In this document: piece by piece, positions 45,255 through 47,955 of the stretch
Layout of the letters: every line of letters starts with the position of its first letter
Position numbering within the stretch: position 1 is the first letter of the stretch
Assembly (NCBI GenBank): GCA_050733835.1
Contig: JBOHTW010000016.1
Coordinates: 1-47,955 of the forward strand
Length of the DNA: 47,955 nucleotides
Source of the DNA: Vulcanimicrobiaceae bacterium
GTDB taxonomy: Bacteria > Vulcanimicrobiota > Vulcanimicrobiia > Vulcanimicrobiales > Vulcanimicrobiaceae
Direction of reading: 5' to 3'
Notes under the pieces: model-generated
Database searches by the model: none
Told to the model about the DNA's origin: nothing
What the model saw: only the letters and a program-made list of their open reading frames with translations
Program-made: the position numbers and the translations under genes

Positions 45255-46316
45255 GTGACGACCCACGACGTGGCGATCGGACGCAACGGCAACGGCGTCC
45301 GGTTTCGCGACCCGCAGATCGAGATGTCGCACGGCGCCGGCGGCAAGGCGTCGCGCCGGCTGATCGAGGGTCTGATCGCGCCGCTGTTTGCCAATCCGGC
45401 ACTCGCGCCGCTCTCCGACGCTGCGATCGTCGCGGTCGGCGGCCTGCGGTTGGCGACGACCGCCGACGGTTACGTCGTCAAGCCGCTGCGCTTTCCCGGT
45501 GGTTCGATCGGCGAGTTGGCCGTCAACGGAACCGTCAACGATCTGGCGGTCTCCGGTGCTTGGCCGCGCGCGCTGATGGCGACCTTCATCCTCGAAGCCG
45601 GCCTGCCGGCCGACGCGCTGCGCGCCGAGGTCGAAGCGATGGCCGCGGCCGCCCATCGCGCCGGGGTCGCAATCGTTGGCGGCGACACCAAGGTCGTCGA
45701 ACACGGCATGGCCGACGGCATGTACATCTCGACGTTCGGCGTCGGGGAACTCGATTCGCGGCTGCAACTCGATCCGCAACGAGTCGAGCCGGGCGACCGG
45801 GTGCTCGTCAGCGGTCCGATCGGCGATCACGGGATCACGATCCTGCTGGCGCGCGGTGAGATCGATCTCGAAGCCGAGCTGCGCTCCGACACACGACCGC
45901 TGACGCCGTTCGTCGACGCGCTCGCCGCGGCGTGCGGCGCCGGCGTGCGCTGGATGCGCGATCCGACGCGCGGCGGCGTCGCGACCGCCTTGAACGAACT
46001 GGTGCGTGAAACGAGGCTCGCGATCGTCCTGAACGAGGCCGACGTTCCGGTTCGGCGCGAGGTCCGCGGCGCGTGCGAGATCCTCGGGCTCGATCCACTG
46101 CACATCGCCAATGAAGGCCAGTTCCTGGCGATCGTCGCCGCCGAGCACACGGATCGCGCGCTCGATGCGCTGCACGCGGTCGCCGGCGGCGAGGGCGCGG
46201 TCTGCATCGGCGAAGTCCGGCGCGAGCCGGCGCGTACTGTTCTCGGAATGACGAGTTACGGTGGGACGCGGGCGATCGACATGCTGGTCGGCGATCCGCT
46301 GCCGCGGATATGCTGA
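45255..46316 (+). CDS. hypE: Hydrogenase maturation carbamoyl dehydratase HypE
   Basis: 353 aa with a GTG start and PurM-like fold blocks. The C-terminus is GDPLPRIC (the HypE PRIC motif). Confidence 0.94.
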   Translation: MTTHDVAIGRNGNGVRFRDPQIEMSHGAGGKASRRLIEGLIAPLFANPALAPLSDAAIVAVGGLRLATTADGYVVKPLRFPGGSIGELAVNGTVNDLAVSGAWPRALMATFILEAGLPADALRAEVEAMAAAAHRAGVAIVGGDTKVVEHGMADGMYISTFGVGELDSRLQLDPQRVEPGDRVLVSGPIGDHGITILLARGEIDLEAELRSDTRPLTPFVDALAAACGAGVRWMRDPTRGGVATALNELVRETRLAIVLNEADVPVRREVRGACEILGLDPLHIANEGQFLAIVAAEHTDRALDALHAVAGGEGAVCIGEVRREPARTVLGMTSYGGTRAIDMLVGDPLPRIC

Positions 46317-47509
46317 AGCTGAACGCTCCCGCCGATCTGGCCGAGTGGGTCGCGCAGCGCGTCCGCGCGCGCAACCCGGTCGTTCACGATTTCTTTGAGC
46401 GTGAAGCCCCGCGACTCGCGCGCGCCTGCCAGTCGATGGCAGACCGGTTCGCTCGCGGCGGCCGAGTCTATGCATTCGGCCGCGGCCCGTACGCAACCGA
46501 TGCAGCGCATATCTCGGTCGAGTTCGTGCATCCCGTCATCGTCGGCAAGCGCGCGCTGCCGGCAATGGACGCGAGCATCGAACCCGCGGCGTGGCTCGAG
46601 ACGCTCGTCGGGCCCGACGACATGGTCGTCGGATTCGGGCCGCCGGAGGGCGACGTCGCCGCCGTCCAGTTGCTCGCGCGATTGCGCGACCGCGGCGCGA
46701 TGACGTTTGCGCTGCCGGGTTTGGAGGGCGACGCCGACTACGCGGTTGCGGCGCCGACCGTCGATCCGCACGTGCACCAGGAACTGTTCGAAATCTTGGG
46801 ACACACGCTCTACGAGAGCGTTCACGTCTTCTTCGAACACCGTGAACTGGGTCACGACGTCGGCGCGTCGGGTTTCTTGTATCCGTATCTGGGAACCGGC
46901 GCGCCGCAGCTTGACGGCATCGTCGAGGACGTCGCGGACTCGATTCGCGCGAAGGCGCGCGATGGCGCGCGGTTGCGTGAGGAACTCGCCGTGAACTATG
47001 CCCGTGCGATCGGCGCGGCGACCACCGCGATCGCCGACCGGCTCGCCAACGGCGGCACCCTGCTCGCGTTCGGCAACGGCGGCTCGGCGACCGACGCGAC
47101 CGACTTCGCGATCGACTGCGTGGCGCCGTCGGCCGGGATGCGGCCGGTCCGCGCCGTCTCGCTGGCCGCCGAGCCAGCGATTCTGTCGGCGATTTCAAAC
47201 GACGTCGGCGTCGAACTCGTGTTCTTACGGCAACTGATCGCGCAGTCGGGACCGCACGACGTGGCGTTTGCGTTCTCGACCAGCGGCGGCTCGAAGAACG
47301 TCGTCGCGGCGCTCGCCGAGGCCCGGCGGCGCGGCTTGCTGACCGTCGCGCTGCTCGGTTACGACGGCGGCGAGATCGCGCGCAGCGGGCTCGCCGATCA
47401 TGCGATCGTCGTGCACTGCGACTACATTCCACGCATCCAAGAGACGCAGGCCGCCGTCTACCACGTGTTGCGCGAAGGCCTCGATCGGTTGGGCCGCGAT
47501 GCCGCTTGA
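46310..47509 (+). CDS. Tandem SIS-domain (GmhA/phosphoheptose-isomerase-like) protein embedded in the hyp operon
   Basis: 399 aa. The first half has GGRVYAFGRGPYATDAAHISVEFVHP. The second half has GGTLLAFGNGGSATDATDFAIDCV...AFAFSTSGGSKNVVAALAEARRRGLLTVALLGYDGG. Overlaps the hypE end by 7 nt. Confidence 0.75.
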   Translation: MLKLNAPADLAEWVAQRVRARNPVVHDFFEREAPRLARACQSMADRFARGGRVYAFGRGPYATDAAHISVEFVHPVIVGKRALPAMDASIEPAAWLETLVGPDDMVVGFGPPEGDVAAVQLLARLRDRGAMTFALPGLEGDADYAVAAPTVDPHVHQELFEILGHTLYESVHVFFEHRELGHDVGASGFLYPYLGTGAPQLDGIVEDVADSIRAKARDGARLREELAVNYARAIGAATTAIADRLANGGTLLAFGNGGSATDATDFAIDCVAPSAGMRPVRAVSLAAEPAILSAISNDVGVELVFLRQLIAQSGPHDVAFAFSTSGGSKNVVAALAEARRRGLLTVALLGYDGGEIARSGLADHAIVVHCDYIPRIQETQAAVYHVLREGLDRLGRDAA

Positions 47510-47762
47510 GCTGTATGGCACGCGCTCCTGTCCGTATACCGCCGAACTGCGCGACGAGTTGGAATGGCAAGGGCGTGAGTTCGTCGAGTTCGACGTCGAT
47601 GCCGACGGCGCGGCGATGCGGCGAATGCTCGAACTGACGGGCGGCACGGCGGCGGTTCCGGTGCTAGTCGAAGACGGCACCGTCCGCCAGACGGGCTATG
47701 GCGGCCGGTCGTGCTATTTAGCGGCGCCGCCCGCGGCGCAAACGTCTACCGGCAAGCGATGA
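47499..47762 (+). CDS. Glutaredoxin/NrdH-like thioredoxin-fold protein with CPYT (monothiol) site
   Basis: The ATG at 47499 gives MPLELYGTRSCPYTAELRDELEWQGREFVEFDVD...AVPVLVEDG, 87 aa. Overlaps both neighbours. Confidence 0.7.
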   Translation: MPLELYGTRSCPYTAELRDELEWQGREFVEFDVDADGAAMRRMLELTGGTAAVPVLVEDGTVRQTGYGGRSCYLAAPPAAQTSTGKR

Positions 47763-47955
47763 ACCGCGCGTCGGCCGATGCGTCGACGGCGCGGCGCGCG
47801 CTCGATGTTCGCGTCGGCGGCGTCGTGCAAGGCGTTGGGTTTCGCCCATTCGTCTACCGGCTTGCGCGGCGCTTCGGCCTCGACGGTTGGGTGCTCAACG
47901 GCGAGCGCGGCGTCGTGATTCACGTCGAGGGCGGCGCGACCGCGCTCGCCGCGTT
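47759..47955 (+). CDS. hypF: Carbamoyltransferase HypF, N-terminal acylphosphatase domain (partial, runs off the window)
   Basis: ATGA overlap with the upstream gene. Sequence reads ALDVRVGGVVQGVGFRPFVYRLARRFGLDGWVLNGERGVVIHVEG. Confidence 0.9.
   Translation, partial: MNRASADASTARRALDVRVGGVVQGVGFRPFVYRLARRFGLDGWVLNGERGVVIHVEGGATALAA

Noticed and set aside
44682-46496. 604-aa minus-strand ORF across hypD/hypE
   Set aside because: Antisense shadow ORF of clearly identifiable hypD and hypE. The translation is Arg-rich and low-complexity.
46536-47570. 344-aa minus-strand ORF (about one third Arg)
   Set aside because: Antisense to the SIS-domain and glutaredoxin-like genes. The composition is typical of an out-of-frame GC-rich translation.

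Overview
High-GC bacterial chromosomal window with strong GC3 bias. I saw no rRNA, tRNA, CRISPR array, IS element or integrase. All calls come from reading the ORF translations and intergenic DNA by eye; no database search was possible.

Left two thirds (1-32.5 kb) is core information-processing DNA:
- An orphan RND pump, then rpoB and rpoC, each with its own look-alike promoter.
- A 3-kb insert: ArsB/NhaD-type permease, Fur-family regulator, orphan NarL-type response regulator and a small P/G/A-rich protein.
- The str operon (rpsL-rpsG-fusA-tuf).
- The S10-spc r-protein superoperon with secY-adk-map-rpmJ-rpsM.

The r-protein cluster has several anomalies:
- A secreted-protein gene on the opposite strand is wedged between rpsJ and rplC.
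- There is no rpmD and no infA.
- The cluster stops right after rpsM.

Right third (32.5-48 kb) is accessory:
- A divergent DHA2-MFS/TetR pair.
- hypB-hypA on the minus strand.
- A gene string of at least 16 genes, tightly spaced and often with overlapping stop/start codons. It encodes a cytosolic group 1h (Hhy / actinobacterial-type, high-affinity) [NiFe]-hydrogenase.

The best candidates for undescribed biology are the uncharacterised genes embedded in that operon:
- A NifU/all-Cys Rieske-like fusion.
- Three coupled unknown proteins between hhyL and the maturation protease.
- A small TM protein plus a signal-less YceI-like (polyisoprenoid-binding fold) protein.
- A tandem-SIS protein plus a CPYT glutaredoxin-like protein between hypE and hypF.
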